DNA of 64,000 nucleotides, from positions 155,690 through 219,689 of the IMG/VR virus record IMGVR_UViG_3300005076_000002. The stretch is one strand, 5' to 3'. The notes beneath the pieces were generated by a model that did not search any database, was not told the DNA's origin, and saw only the letters and a program-made list of their open reading frames with translations. Both the position numbers and the translations under genes were made by a program. The first letter of the stretch is position 1. Every line of letters begins with the position of its first letter. Positions 44,927 to 57,366 of the stretch are shown here, piece after piece. The DNA is from a virus. Taxonomy: Duplodnaviria > Caudoviricetes.

Positions 44927-45922
44927 ATGGCTATTAAATTTACTGGCAATGCCCTTTTCACCCTGATCCATCAAACCGTACTCGATCTGATGGAAGATCT
45001 CGACGCTACGGATGTAGCGGACTTCAATTCGCCTAAGCGTATTCAACCCTATGGCAAGTTTGTAGATGTTTACGGATCGCTCTATGAAGGATGTAGCGAT
45101 GAAATGATCCGTAACGAGATGGGTTGGAACTGCATGCGTGTAAGTTTTGACAAGGTTGGACATACGCAAGACGGGCTCACACCCCCGGCCATCGGTGAAC
45201 GTGACGATGTAATTACTGCCTGGTTAAACCGTTTCATTATTGAGGCGTTGAGCTATGCGCCCAGAGGGATCAGCGCGGTAGTTCAGGCAGAATACTTCAA
45301 GTCTGTGGCGGTATTGGTAGCTGCTGCACTCACTGCAAGCCTGTCCACTCGTGACCTTGTTACTGCTAAACGCGATCTGGCTATTGGTAGTATTTTCTAT
45401 GACTACAATTCATCGGAATGGAATAACCTTGCCGAACTGAAAAACTATGACCTAGACGTACTCGAGAACCTGCTCAACACGGCTACCTCCAATGGCGGTG
45501 CTGCCAAACAGCGTGTTTTCTACGTCCAGGTTAGTCAGTGGATGCAGGCGATGTTCAGCATTACCCACCCGCTGACAGTAAACGCCGCTAAGTTCTATAG
45601 CGCACTGCGGCAAAATGCAATCACTACTATCGGCCACGTATTGGAGAGTATGGGTGACTCTATCTCCCATATCGGCAAAGAAGATGTGTTGGAAAATGAA
45701 GCGGACGATCTTGCGGATACCGCAGACTATACCGAATTCAAGAACAACCTGCTGGCCGAAATCGTAGGCGACTGGAACTGCGTTGTGTGGTATGGGCCTT
45801 ATACCGCAGACGTGCTGATCCACACGGCTATTTCAAATGACATGATCGAAGGCGATCTCTTCGATTACCGTCATCGCATCTTAGCCATTAATGGCGACGA
45901 AGCACTGTACTCGCAATACTAA
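44927..45922 (+). CDS. Hypothetical protein
   Basis: AAGGAG RBS; 331 aa. Confidence 0.8.
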   Translation: MAIKFTGNALFTLIHQTVLDLMEDLDATDVADFNSPKRIQPYGKFVDVYGSLYEGCSDEMIRNEMGWNCMRVSFDKVGHTQDGLTPPAIGERDDVITAWLNRFIIEALSYAPRGISAVVQAEYFKSVAVLVAAALTASLSTRDLVTAKRDLAIGSIFYDYNSSEWNNLAELKNYDLDVLENLLNTATSNGGAAKQRVFYVQVSQWMQAMFSITHPLTVNAAKFYSALRQNAITTIGHVLESMGDSISHIGKEDVLENEADDLADTADYTEFKNNLLAEIVGDWNCVVWYGPYTADVLIHTAISNDMIEGDLFDYRHRILAINGDEALYSQY

Positions 45923-45929
45923 TACAGTC

Positions 45930-45960
45930 GGGGGCTATAAGCCCCCTTTCTTTTTATTTT
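45930..45960 (+). terminator. Intrinsic terminator (GGCTATAAGCC core)
   Basis: GGGGGCT-ata-AGCCCCC-TTTCTTTTT. Confidence 0.8.
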
Positions 45961-45970
45961 GGAGGTCATC

Positions 45971-46642
45971 ATGCCACGTATTGAACATTCTAACAACCCA
46001 ATGTATTTCCGTAATTTGAAAGACTCCTATGGTACTCCGATAAGCTTTGTTGTAAATGAAAGCCATGGCGTGCTTCGCTATGCAGTTAATAACGACCATA
46101 TTCTGAACCCGGTAGCTGTGATAGCCGATGGCAAACTGGCGCTGATGCAGCGTGGTTCAGTTTGCAGAATGGCAGGTCCACTGCATATCTACCATGCGGT
46201 TCTGCAATGCCAGACGAAAGAGCTCGTACCCGAGGAGTACAGCAATGTGGTCGATACACGCCATGAAACCAGCCTGGTACCGCAGACCATCGCCGAGGCA
46301 AAGGCCTGCCTTGACGAGGTATTGGCCGAAGTCGTGACCGAGCTTGACTTTATCAATCTGACCGACGGGTTCGAGGCCACCAATCCAAGGGTTACGGTGT
46401 TGAGCGTATTGCAGCAGACCCTGCGTGGGAAATGCTCACCCTTCATACGGCGCCCTATGGATCATGAACCGCGCGCCGGTGAAATCACCGAACTCGAACA
46501 GCTGATCATCGAGCATGTTGTCCATGGCCACTATATCAGTAAAGAGTATCAGTGGGATGGCCCGGAGTACGCTGAGCTGCGCGATTACGTCGATCAGAAA
46601 GTAGAAGTCATCATTACCGAAATGAATGGAGCGTTGGGGTAA
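45971..46642 (+). CDS. Hypothetical protein
   Basis: GGAGG RBS. Confidence 0.75.
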   Translation: MPRIEHSNNPMYFRNLKDSYGTPISFVVNESHGVLRYAVNNDHILNPVAVIADGKLALMQRGSVCRMAGPLHIYHAVLQCQTKELVPEEYSNVVDTRHETSLVPQTIAEAKACLDEVLAEVVTELDFINLTDGFEATNPRVTVLSVLQQTLRGKCSPFIRRPMDHEPRAGEITELEQLIIEHVVHGHYISKEYQWDGPEYAELRDYVDQKVEVIITEMNGALG

Positions 46643-47088
46643 TGCAAACTAATCCACAACAGGTATTGGAATTCTGGCAGGCTGTTAGCGACACGCCACT
46701 GCCCAACATCCAGCTGGGTGCACTGAATGCTATGTCGCGACATGGTGAAGGTGTGAGGGGTGCGGTGACCTATGTGTGTCACCGCGTCGTGCTCAGGCGT
46801 TATGGTTCAGTGGGCGGCACAGCACTTACCCGGACAATGGGTAATGCACTCGGTGGGATTATCTATGAAGTCCTCTACGAGAAGAAACCACTGAAGTCAA
46901 TCCATCTGTGGTTCCGTGAATACATCAACAAACAAGACCTCGAGGTGGAAACCAAAGTACGTTGTGAACTCCAAAGCCGGTGGTTTGTTAATCAGGTATT
47001 GGATATGATCAAATACTACAACGATCGCCAACCTCCGGCAGGTAGGGCGTGGGCAGAGCGTATCATCGATAAGCTCGAGAAAAACTAA
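46642..47088 (+). CDS. Hypothetical protein
   Basis: TAATG coupling. Confidence 0.75.
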   Translation: MQTNPQQVLEFWQAVSDTPLPNIQLGALNAMSRHGEGVRGAVTYVCHRVVLRRYGSVGGTALTRTMGNALGGIIYEVLYEKKPLKSIHLWFREYINKQDLEVETKVRCELQSRWFVNQVLDMIKYYNDRQPPAGRAWAERIIDKLEKN

Positions 47089-47089
47089 A

Positions 47090-47119
47090 GCTAGGGGCAT
47101 TGGCCCCTAGTTCTTTTTT
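47090..47119 (+). terminator. CTAGGGG-family terminator
   Basis: GCTAGGGGC-attg-GCCCCTAGT-TCTTTTTT. Confidence 0.85.
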
Positions 47120-47139
47120 GTCGATTTGAATAAAAAAGA

Positions 47140-47163
47140 TTTCAGACATATATTATTGAAGTG
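47140..47163 (+). promoter_or_regulatory. Putative phage early promoter (24-nt motif, best consensus match)
   Basis: TTTCAGACATATATTATTGAAGTG, preceded by TTTGAATAAAAA (also upstream of 29786). Confidence 0.75.
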
Positions 47164-47229
47164 ACATCAGTTAATAACCCTGCCTTTAAACTACAAGTTT
47201 AGAGGTTCAATAAATCTTAGGAGCTTACT

Positions 47230-47742
47230 ATGAACATGATCGAACTGAATACTTACAACTACAACCACAATTTCTTCAGCTGTGTGGCTGACGGCGATGA
47301 TTACCTTGGACTGGCTACGTCAGTCCAGCATCTGACTTCGCAAGAACGTCGGGGGAATCTGTTGGAGAATATCCCACAGGGCACTATTCACACCGCCTAC
47401 ACTTTCGATCTGGCAAAACGTTTGCCGGTCGGGAGTGAGGAATACATCCAGCTGGCAGATAGCTGTCAAGAGCTGTACGTCGTTGAACTGGATAACACCG
47501 GCTCCGTCGTAGTTGAGAAAGGTCTGGCTGAAACCTACAGCCATGCGTTGTCAGGTGAAGACCTGGCGGCGTTACCCGCTACTGTATTCGATCGCGAAAG
47601 CGGTCGCTTCAACATTCCAGAGCTCAAGCTTTGGATGGAAGCTGCACAATTCCTTCTCGACCAAGCCGGAAGTGATTGGAGCACAATCGCTAAACGCGCT
47701 GCGGCGCAAGGCATCAAACTCGACTACGTTGTAGCCGAGTAA
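47230..47742 (+). CDS. Hypothetical protein
   Basis: AGGAG RBS. Confidence 0.8.
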   Translation: MNMIELNTYNYNHNFFSCVADGDDYLGLATSVQHLTSQERRGNLLENIPQGTIHTAYTFDLAKRLPVGSEEYIQLADSCQELYVVELDNTGSVVVEKGLAETYSHALSGEDLAALPATVFDRESGRFNIPELKLWMEAAQFLLDQAGSDWSTIAKRAAAQGIKLDYVVAE

Positions 47743-47793
47743 TCCGTAGGGCGGCTATAAGCCGTCCTATCATTTCTATTTAAGGATAATACC

Positions 47794-48255
47794 ATGAACA
47801 AATTTATCAATGCTGACCACCAGAACCTGAGCGTATGGTGTCGACGTGCTGGAATCGAGCTGGCAGAGCCGGAGAAGCGGCTGGAGGCTCTGGGCAAGCG
47901 TTACGGCACTGGCCGCCGCGCAGTCCTGCGCATGGTCGGCGTTCGTATGGCCAAAACCCAGAAGACAGATCTGGATTTTAAGATCGGTTGGATAGTGGGT
48001 CATGCCATCGGTGATTTGGTGTACACTATGGCGTACACCGATGAAGTCATCAAAAATCAACATACATGGCTTGGCAAGTACGTTGCCACGCATTGCAGTG
48101 AGGACGCCGGTCTCATGGCCAATGTTCTGCTCAACGCAGACTTCATCTGCAAAGAGGCGTCACGCCTTTTCGCTGCTCGCCAAAACGAGCGTGATAAAAG
48201 AGTTGATGGTGCGGGTATCGCGAACATGATCATTCGCACTGCTCGCGGTCATTAA
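47794..48255 (+). CDS. Hypothetical protein
   Basis: AAGGA RBS; follows the hairpin at 47747-47769. Confidence 0.75.
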   Translation: MNKFINADHQNLSVWCRRAGIELAEPEKRLEALGKRYGTGRRAVLRMVGVRMAKTQKTDLDFKIGWIVGHAIGDLVYTMAYTDEVIKNQHTWLGKYVATHCSEDAGLMANVLLNADFICKEASRLFAARQNERDKRVDGAGIANMIIRTARGH

Positions 48256-48258
48256 AAT

Positions 48259-48290
48259 CAGGGGCCTAGTGCCCCTGTTCTTTTTTTGCC
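48259..48290 (+). terminator. Intrinsic terminator
   Basis: CAGGGGC-ctagt-GCCCCTG-TTC-T7-GCC. Confidence 0.85.
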
Positions 48291-48305
48291 TTTGCATCAA
48301 AATAA

Positions 48306-48329
48306 TCTTGGACAGATGTTATTGAGGTG
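48306..48329 (+). promoter_or_regulatory. Putative phage early promoter (24-nt motif, degenerate)
   Basis: TCTTGGACAGATGTTATTGAGGTG. Confidence 0.55.
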
Positions 48330-48383
48330 ATACATGCGTTAAAAAATACATGGTCGTCTAAGTTATGTAGAGAAGGAGCAAAC

Positions 48384-48704
48384 ATGGGATCTAATATCAT
48401 CTGGGATGGCGACACCCCAGTCTGCAATTTTGCGGTTACAGATCTGGAGAAACAGATTCTGGATGTGGAAGGTGTAGTAGTTATCTTCCGACATCCGAAA
48501 AAGCAGCCTGTAAAAGTTACGCACTATAAAGGGTATCTGCGGTATTTGAATAACCCCGTGCGGGAAGGCGCTAAAGTACGCGATATCTTTAAACGGATAG
48601 CGCGAATTGTTAAAGATGAGTATGAGTTTGTAGCAATCCGCAACGACGGTACTGTTGCACTGCAAACCGACTTCGTAAATAGAATCAAACGTAATGGAGT
48701 ATAA
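48384..48704 (+). CDS. Hypothetical protein
   Basis: AAGGAG RBS before ATG 48384. Confidence 0.75.
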   Translation: MGSNIIWDGDTPVCNFAVTDLEKQILDVEGVVVIFRHPKKQPVKVTHYKGYLRYLNNPVREGAKVRDIFKRIARIVKDEYEFVAIRNDGTVALQTDFVNRIKRNGV

Positions 48705-48705
48705 A

Positions 48706-50379
48706 ATGCAAAATCAAGTAGATATCGCTGCGGTACGTGATGGTGATGACTTGGTCGCTATTTATCCGGTCTTGGCTGCTAATTTCCTCGAAATGTCCGG
48801 CGCCCACGTGTTGTTCACTACCCTCAAGCAGGTCGGTATCGATGCACTCCAAGCCCTGGTCCCCGAGCAAGAACGTCAGTTCTGGGCTTGCTCTTGCTGT
48901 GACCATTTCTTCTCTGGCTATTTGAACACCGTGTATTTTGACACCAATACCAGCGAGTTCGAATCAGCATTCCTGCCCAAGAACCTGATCGAGTCTCTGG
49001 ACATCTCCGAAGCCTGGCGTGCTATCTTCCTGGACCTGCGTACCAAGATCCTGTCCAGTCCGGCCGGTAAACTGTTTGATCCGTCCGAGCGCCTGGGTCT
49101 GGACAATGATGTCCGTACCAAGAAGTTCCTGAAAACCCAGGACTTTAGCGCAGCCCGCACTACCCTGGGACATGCCGAGCGTGGTGGTTTCAACCACTTC
49201 CACGCAGGCTACCTGACCTCCAACCCGACAACCGCTTTCGGTAAGCAGTGGCGTCAAACCATAGCTTCTATCGAGACGCTGTGTGAAGGTCGTGATCTGA
49301 GCGGTATCGCTCGCCATGCTCGTGTCTTTGGTGAGCTGGTCGAAACCAACAAGGACGGCCGCTATCGCAAGCAGATGCATGGTCTTGCGGCGATGCTCGA
49401 TGAGCTGCACAAACATACCGTGCCTGGCTACCACATGGCCCCGTACTTCAAGATGATCGCTGTATCGATCTTCAAAGAAGACGTGGGTACTGGTTGGGAC
49501 ATCATGGCCAACTTCAACGGCTCTGCCCTGGGTACTGCATTCCGTGAAGGTCTGGCGACCGATGACTGGCAACGTGCCAAGGCTACCTTCGAAGAGATGC
49601 TCGATCCGATCAAGTATCGTGCCAAGCAGATCGAAAAGGTCACCGAAGAACAGCTGCTGCGCGCTAAGGCTGCTATCGAAAAGCTGGGTTTGGTTCCGGC
49701 ATTGCTCCGTCGCTACGCCACGCCGGCTGACATGGACTTCTCCACTACCGTATGGAAGAAGCCTGCTCCAGTAGCTGCCGAAGAAACGAAAAACCCCTTC
49801 GATATTTCTCTGGGCATCATCAAAGGCGAAGAAGCGAAGATCATCGATCACAACGAGATGTCCGAGATCTCCTGGTCGGCCTTTATGGAAACTGTACTGA
49901 AAGAGTACAGCGACATCGAGGTTTACATCCAGGGGAGCGGTGCGTACTTCTACTTCACCGTTCCGACCGACCCCACCGCAGCTCCGATCCTGTCCTGGGA
50001 CAGTCCCGAAGACCGTATTCCGTGGTGCACCTCCGTGCGTCAGGAAAACACCCTGCCGAACGAACACGGCCTGGTAAACGGTTCGTGGTATCCGCTGGAG
50101 ATGGTGATCAAGGCTACCATGGGTAACTTCTACTTCTGTACTGTACAGTCCAAGTCTGTTCGTCAGGCCAAGGACGGCGTTTCCTTTGGTTCCGTCATCC
50201 GCAAAGACCTGTACGAACACCGTGGCCCGATCGACCATGTACTCAAGACTGTAGGTGTCGAGTCCGTGGAAGGTCCGCTGATCGGTCTGCGTCAGGGTGG
50301 TCAGGGCTGCCGCCGCCTGATGGTTCGTGGCGTGCGTAACAACGTGCGTAAGTCCTTTACTATCGTTAACGTATTGTAA
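48706..50379 (+). CDS. Large hypothetical protein with CxCC motif and highly expressed codon usage
   Basis: WACSCCDHFF, GFNHFH and LLRRYAT motifs; strong CGT/GGT/CTG/ACC bias. Confidence 0.8.
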   Translation: MQNQVDIAAVRDGDDLVAIYPVLAANFLEMSGAHVLFTTLKQVGIDALQALVPEQERQFWACSCCDHFFSGYLNTVYFDTNTSEFESAFLPKNLIESLDISEAWRAIFLDLRTKILSSPAGKLFDPSERLGLDNDVRTKKFLKTQDFSAARTTLGHAERGGFNHFHAGYLTSNPTTAFGKQWRQTIASIETLCEGRDLSGIARHARVFGELVETNKDGRYRKQMHGLAAMLDELHKHTVPGYHMAPYFKMIAVSIFKEDVGTGWDIMANFNGSALGTAFREGLATDDWQRAKATFEEMLDPIKYRAKQIEKVTEEQLLRAKAAIEKLGLVPALLRRYATPADMDFSTTVWKKPAPVAAEETKNPFDISLGIIKGEEAKIIDHNEMSEISWSAFMETVLKEYSDIEVYIQGSGAYFYFTVPTDPTAAPILSWDSPEDRIPWCTSVRQENTLPNEHGLVNGSWYPLEMVIKATMGNFYFCTVQSKSVRQAKDGVSFGSVIRKDLYEHRGPIDHVLKTVGVESVEGPLIGLRQGGQGCRRLMVRGVRNNVRKSFTIVNVL

Positions 50380-50391
50380 GAGCATAACTGG

Positions 50392-50419
50392 GGCTGGCCA
50401 ATGGCCAGCCTTTTATGCC
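50392..50419 (+). terminator. Intrinsic terminator with TTTTATGCC tail
   Basis: GGCTGGCC-aat-GGCCAGCC-TTTTATGCC. Confidence 0.8.
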
Positions 50420-50432
50420 GGCGAGGATATAG

Positions 50433-53290
<2,858 letters not shown>

Positions 53291-53299
53291 GGTGACGTT

Positions 53300-53806
53300 A
53301 TGTCCACTCGTAAATATGCAGTACCTGTAGTAACCGATGCCCGTATCGCAGACGGCATCTTTATGCAGACCGACGACCTGCCTTTGCATTGCTTCCAGGA
53401 AGATGGTCACATGTACGCCACGCAGCCGCTGACGGCCAACATCATCGATAACCTCGTCGCCTTCAGGCTGGCTGAAGGCGCTATCTGGTACCCCAGCGAC
53501 GCCAAAATCGATCTGTCCAAGCCGGTACAGCTGCGCAGTGTCTACTTCCGCGCAGCTGACGGTTCGGTGGTTTGTGTCAACGTACTCCTCACTTTGGAGC
53601 TCGACAATTACCCTGGTCGTGACGGCAAAGTGGTCATTGCTAATAAGCACCACGAAGTCATGGACAAGAAGATCTACGTCGGTGCCGTGTTGTGGGACCG
53701 TGGCCATCTGACCTTCTGCATCCATGAAAAGCCAGATGAGTGGGAATACCTGGGATACACCATGCGTTACAACATCTGTAGCGCTGACGGTTCACCGTTG
53801 ATCTAA
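53300..53806 (+). CDS. Hypothetical protein
   Basis: AAGGTG RBS. Confidence 0.75.
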   Translation: MSTRKYAVPVVTDARIADGIFMQTDDLPLHCFQEDGHMYATQPLTANIIDNLVAFRLAEGAIWYPSDAKIDLSKPVQLRSVYFRAADGSVVCVNVLLTLELDNYPGRDGKVVIANKHHEVMDKKIYVGAVLWDRGHLTFCIHEKPDEWEYLGYTMRYNICSADGSPLI

Positions 53807-53814
53807 TCAGATAT

Positions 53815-53842
53815 GAGAGTGGGGAAACCCACTCTCTTTTTT
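53815..53842 (+). terminator. Intrinsic terminator
   Basis: GAGAGTGGG-gaaa-CCCACTCTC-T6. Confidence 0.85.
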
Positions 53843-53885
53843 CTGTGTTAAAAATCATACGGTTGTTCTTATTTTGGAGGAATCT

Positions 53886-54404
53886 ATGTACGTATTGATG
53901 ACCACAGATAACGAATACACATTTAAGGAGTTGATAGCTGAGATAAGCAAACGGGAATCAGCACTGAACATCGTGTTAGCCCATGCTTATTTCGATGACG
54001 ACTTGGATAGGTATTTGACTGAGTTTGATCGCAGATTCATTGTAAGTACCGACAATACTACGGTTATCCATGTAGTGGAGGCTATATTGGATGGTGAACG
54101 TAATGAAGATGTGTTCTATATACACTCAGGTCACACTACGGACGAGATCTTCAACGAGGTAACGCTTCGTAGGTTACAGCGCGGCATGCCTATCGACTTT
54201 GAACGACTGCGCCTATCCACAGTAGGTGAGGAGAACGGTCGCGTTGTTCAGTTGATGTTGGATGAATGTGCAGCATATCTGGGTAGGCCTAAGGAGATCT
54301 ACGGCTTAGAGTGTCATAGCACTCGCCGTATTGTTCCAGTGGCTTATTTCGGACAGTGCGCAACAGCATGCCGACAATTACTCAATTCAAAGATAAATAT
54401 TTAG
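53886..54404 (+). CDS. Hypothetical protein
   Basis: GGAGG RBS before ATG 53886. Confidence 0.75.
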   Translation: MYVLMTTDNEYTFKELIAEISKRESALNIVLAHAYFDDDLDRYLTEFDRRFIVSTDNTTVIHVVEAILDGERNEDVFYIHSGHTTDEIFNEVTLRRLQRGMPIDFERLRLSTVGEENGRVVQLMLDECAAYLGRPKEIYGLECHSTRRIVPVAYFGQCATACRQLLNSKINI

Positions 54405-54412
54405 GAGTAGCG

Positions 54413-55147
54413 ATGTTAATCGATAATGGTTTCTACCTGGCCTTGGAAGGTCTTGATCACGTAGGTAAGTCTGAACAGATCAAGCGTTTGGAAGAACGTC
54501 TGAAAGCAGATGGTTATGACGTGGTAGTCGTTCGTGAGCCAGGTAGCTCTCCTTTGGCTGAAGACCTGCGCGGTGTGATCAAACGCATCTATGATGCACC
54601 TACCGATCACATGGAGCATCTGTTGATGTTCACTGCGGCACGTTACAGCCTGATCAAGCATGTCATCAAGCCGGCCCTGGCGGCCGGCAAAGTTGTCCTG
54701 TCTGACCGCTGCTGGATTTCCAGCCTGCTCTATCAGGTAATTAACACCGAACCCACCACGCCTGAGCGTGAATCCGCTATCGAAGTTCTGCGTGTACCGC
54801 TGGAAGGGGCTCCTCGTCCCCATGTCCTGGTACTGCTCAATGAAACGCTCCAGCGTTCTCTCCTGGAAGGGCGCGATGCATTGGAAGTGGCCGAAGCTGA
54901 CGTAGCGACTCGTCGTATTGGCGGCTATCGTGGTCTGGTTGGCCGTGCCCCTTATCTGGACGATGACTGCCGGATGATGGTCAATAGCTACACGGCCACT
55001 ACGGCACATCTGCAATGTGATCTGCTCAACATCGAAGAAGTGCATGAGCTGGTCTACGATCGCGCGGTTAACCTGATTCGTCGTCAAGGCATCAAGGCCG
55101 CTGCTACGCCGGTAACTGATACCGTAATGAAGGTAGCCGGCGTATGA
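54413..55147 (+). CDS. tmk: Thymidylate (dTMP) kinase
   Basis: LEGLDHVGKS P-loop; REPG; LLMFTAAR; IKPAL..GKVVLSDR...SS..YQ. Confidence 0.92.
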   Translation: MLIDNGFYLALEGLDHVGKSEQIKRLEERLKADGYDVVVVREPGSSPLAEDLRGVIKRIYDAPTDHMEHLLMFTAARYSLIKHVIKPALAAGKVVLSDRCWISSLLYQVINTEPTTPERESAIEVLRVPLEGAPRPHVLVLLNETLQRSLLEGRDALEVAEADVATRRIGGYRGLVGRAPYLDDDCRMMVNSYTATTAHLQCDLLNIEEVHELVYDRAVNLIRRQGIKAAATPVTDTVMKVAGV

Positions 55148-55560
55148 ACATGCGGCGCGTTGTAGTCGGACATCTTTGTTACTTTATCCTACGTGAAGAC
55201 GGTAAGGATAAGGTAATCGGTATCCACGATTTCTACGAACGTAATATTTTTGCCTTCGAAGGTAAACACCGCCACGCTAGGCAAAAAGTACGTCAGCTTA
55301 ACATGGTAGTGTCAGACGCGTCCCTGGAGCGGTTTGAGCGCGTTTACATTATCGGTGGGGCCGAAGCTTGGCTTGATGGCGTTGGAGAGGATAAAACGAT
55401 TCCAGCGCAGTTAAACATCGGTTCGCTGACTAACCCCAAGATCGTTCATACTGCTGCCGTAGTCTTTAACGGTATCAGTGAAATGATCATCAATGAAATC
55501 GTAAACACAGCCACCTCGGAGTCGGGCTACACGACCATCAAAATGAAGGTCAGGGACTGA
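55144..55560 (+). CDS. Hypothetical protein
   Basis: ATGA overlap. Confidence 0.7.
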   Translation: MNMRRVVVGHLCYFILREDGKDKVIGIHDFYERNIFAFEGKHRHARQKVRQLNMVVSDASLERFERVYIIGGAEAWLDGVGEDKTIPAQLNIGSLTNPKIVHTAAVVFNGISEMIINEIVNTATSESGYTTIKMKVRD

Positions 55561-55595
55561 CGTCTATTCTATGCTTTTAGCTAAGGAGTGGAACG

Positions 55596-56030
55596 ATGGA
55601 ACAGCTTTCGATGGAGTTACTGCCAAGTAAGTCGGCGACCGTGCACTACAGCAAAACTGGTGCCGGTGAATCCAGTGGTATCTTTGGCATTTCATATCTG
55701 ACGGGTAAGTCATTTGGCAATAGTCTTTACATGTTCATGGTTCGTGAGGACGACTGTATAGACTTTGCTTATTGGCTCCGCGATTATAAGGCGTCGCTCA
55801 TCAAAGAGCGGCAGGGGGAGATTTGGGCTGTAACAAAATACCCTCGCCTGCATTTAGATCGTGTTGGAGACAAGTGGGTACTTCAAACTACTCGTGGTAT
55901 AGTCCTCTATGAAAAGGAAACCCTTTTCACGGCTGAGCAGTTGCGGGAGATGGTAGAAGACCACAATGACTTACATGCCGATGACGATTATAATTTTTTG
56001 ACTACTGTGAACATGCAGTACATATTTTAA
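55596..56030 (+). CDS. Hypothetical protein
   Basis: AAGGAG RBS. Confidence 0.75.
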   Translation: MEQLSMELLPSKSATVHYSKTGAGESSGIFGISYLTGKSFGNSLYMFMVREDDCIDFAYWLRDYKASLIKERQGEIWAVTKYPRLHLDRVGDKWVLQTTRGIVLYEKETLFTAEQLREMVEDHNDLHADDDYNFLTTVNMQYIF

Positions 56031-56037
56031 GGAATAG

Positions 56038-56499
56038 ATGATGTTCAAGGGTTTGTGGTTATGGATTCGTGGTCTCTTTGGTCTGGGGGCTCCCGTGGAG
56101 GAAATTCCTAAGCTGTCTAAAGAGTCTATCGACCGTGTCAGCAAGATCATGGAAGAGATCAAACGCGAGGCTATCTCGGTTCATAAAACTGAGGTTAATG
56201 TCGTACCTCGAGCTGGCATTGTTGCTAATTTTGACCAGGTCGGTAATCTGCTGTCAGTCGGCGCAGATCACGATGGTCACATGGAGCCTACCCAGAGGAC
56301 TTTCCACAGCGGTGTGGAAATGTCGTTTGTTGCCGAGCCTGGGATCGATTCTAAGCTGTTGATCGAACGCTTAAATGACCCTAAGCCGGTTCCAGTCAGT
56401 CTGTCCGAACTGGGCAGTGATACGCCGGTACCTGCTCAGCGTAAGCCGCGCCGTCGCGGCAAACGTGGCGGTCGTGGCCGCAACAAAAACAAAAAATAA
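56038..56499 (+). CDS. Protein with amphipathic N-terminus and Arg/Gly-rich C-terminal tail
   Basis: MMFKGLWLWIRGLFGLG ... RKPRRRGKRGGRGRNKNKK. Confidence 0.75.
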   Translation: MMFKGLWLWIRGLFGLGAPVEEIPKLSKESIDRVSKIMEEIKREAISVHKTEVNVVPRAGIVANFDQVGNLLSVGADHDGHMEPTQRTFHSGVEMSFVAEPGIDSKLLIERLNDPKPVPVSLSELGSDTPVPAQRKPRRRGKRGGRGRNKNKK

Positions 56500-56511
56500 A
56501 AAACGTTAAGC

Positions 56512-56549
56512 GCTAGGGGGTAACCCCTAGCCTTTAATTTTTTATGCCG
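56512..56549 (+). terminator. CTAGGGG-family terminator with TTTTATGCC tail
   Basis: GCTAGGGG-gtaa-CCCCTAGC...TTTTTTATGCC. Confidence 0.8.
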
Positions 56550-56577
56550 TCGGTAATATATGCAGCAATGAAAACAA

Positions 56578-56601
56578 TTTCAGGCATATGTTATTAGTGT
56601 G
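56578..56601 (+). promoter_or_regulatory. Putative phage early promoter (24-nt motif)
   Basis: TTTCAGGCATATGTTATTAGTGTG. Confidence 0.75.
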
Positions 56602-56633
56602 ACGTTAGTGCTTAACGTTTAATAGGAGAAACT

Positions 56634-56816
56634 ATGAAACGTGATTCTTTGGTAGTTAGCGCCGCCATAATCATTTATGTGTTGGCTGTAAAAGGATTGG
56701 AGTACATGGACCTTTTCAGTTTGGCTGGGGTAAACGATATAATCGTCCTTACTTTGGCCGCGTTGTTTGCTTTGCTGCTACTGATCTGGCATGACCCGGA
56801 GGTGTGGGATGAATAG
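56634..56816 (+). CDS. Small two-TM membrane protein
   Basis: AGGAG RBS; two hydrophobic helices. Confidence 0.7.
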   Translation: MKRDSLVVSAAIIIYVLAVKGLEYMDLFSLAGVNDIIVLTLAALFALLLLIWHDPEVWDE

Positions 56817-57075
56817 AACTCTGACCGCAATTCATAAGGGGGCTGCTACAGTTGTTGCATTGCTAGGCCTGATCTCCACGCTAAGTCTTGGGCTTTACTT
56901 GGCGCTGATCACGTTTGCATACGTGGTCAACCGTGACGCATACTACGACATGCCAATGAACGCACGTCTGACACTACTCGTCATGGCGATGCTAATTTGG
57001 GTGACCGTAGGGTCTTGGAATAAATCACAAAAATTAGAAAGGGTACTGGATAATGGAAGTAACACTTTTTCTTGA
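56809..57075 (+). CDS. Small two-TM membrane protein
   Basis: GGAGG RBS; two hydrophobic helices. Confidence 0.7.
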   Translation: MNRTLTAIHKGAATVVALLGLISTLSLGLYLALITFAYVVNRDAYYDMPMNARLTLLVMAMLIWVTVGSWNKSQKLERVLDNGSNTFS

Positions 57076-57364
57076 ATACAAGCAGGCATCCCTAACTATC
57101 GATCTTTCTGCTTACGCCGATAAGATCATCGAGCGGATGGCGAGTACACTTCAATGTGATTTCACGGATGGCCACCTGCATCGGTTCTATTTGCACAGTA
57201 ATAAGATGCGTCAGGTAATGACCGCACTCACCGCAGTAAAAGAAGTCAGTGAGATGTTTGAACGTATCAACGTATCCATGCGCAGACTGGATAGCGGGTT
57301 CAATCTTTCTCATGGCATCTGCACTGCCAAATCATCCGTCTTTACTATCGATAGAAGGAGCTAA
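57053..57364 (+). CDS. Hypothetical protein
   Basis: Operon packing. Confidence 0.65.
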   Translation: MEVTLFLEYKQASLTIDLSAYADKIIERMASTLQCDFTDGHLHRFYLHSNKMRQVMTALTAVKEVSEMFERINVSMRRLDSGFNLSHGICTAKSSVFTIDRRS

Positions 57365-57366
57365 CT

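Noticed and set aside
48964-50385. 473-aa minus-strand ORF (also 5954-6460, 6588-7217, 14379-15149, 17079-17891, 18109-18825, 59010-59768)
   Set aside because: Antisense shadows of codon-biased + strand genes; no recognisable motifs and full overlap with better-supported genes
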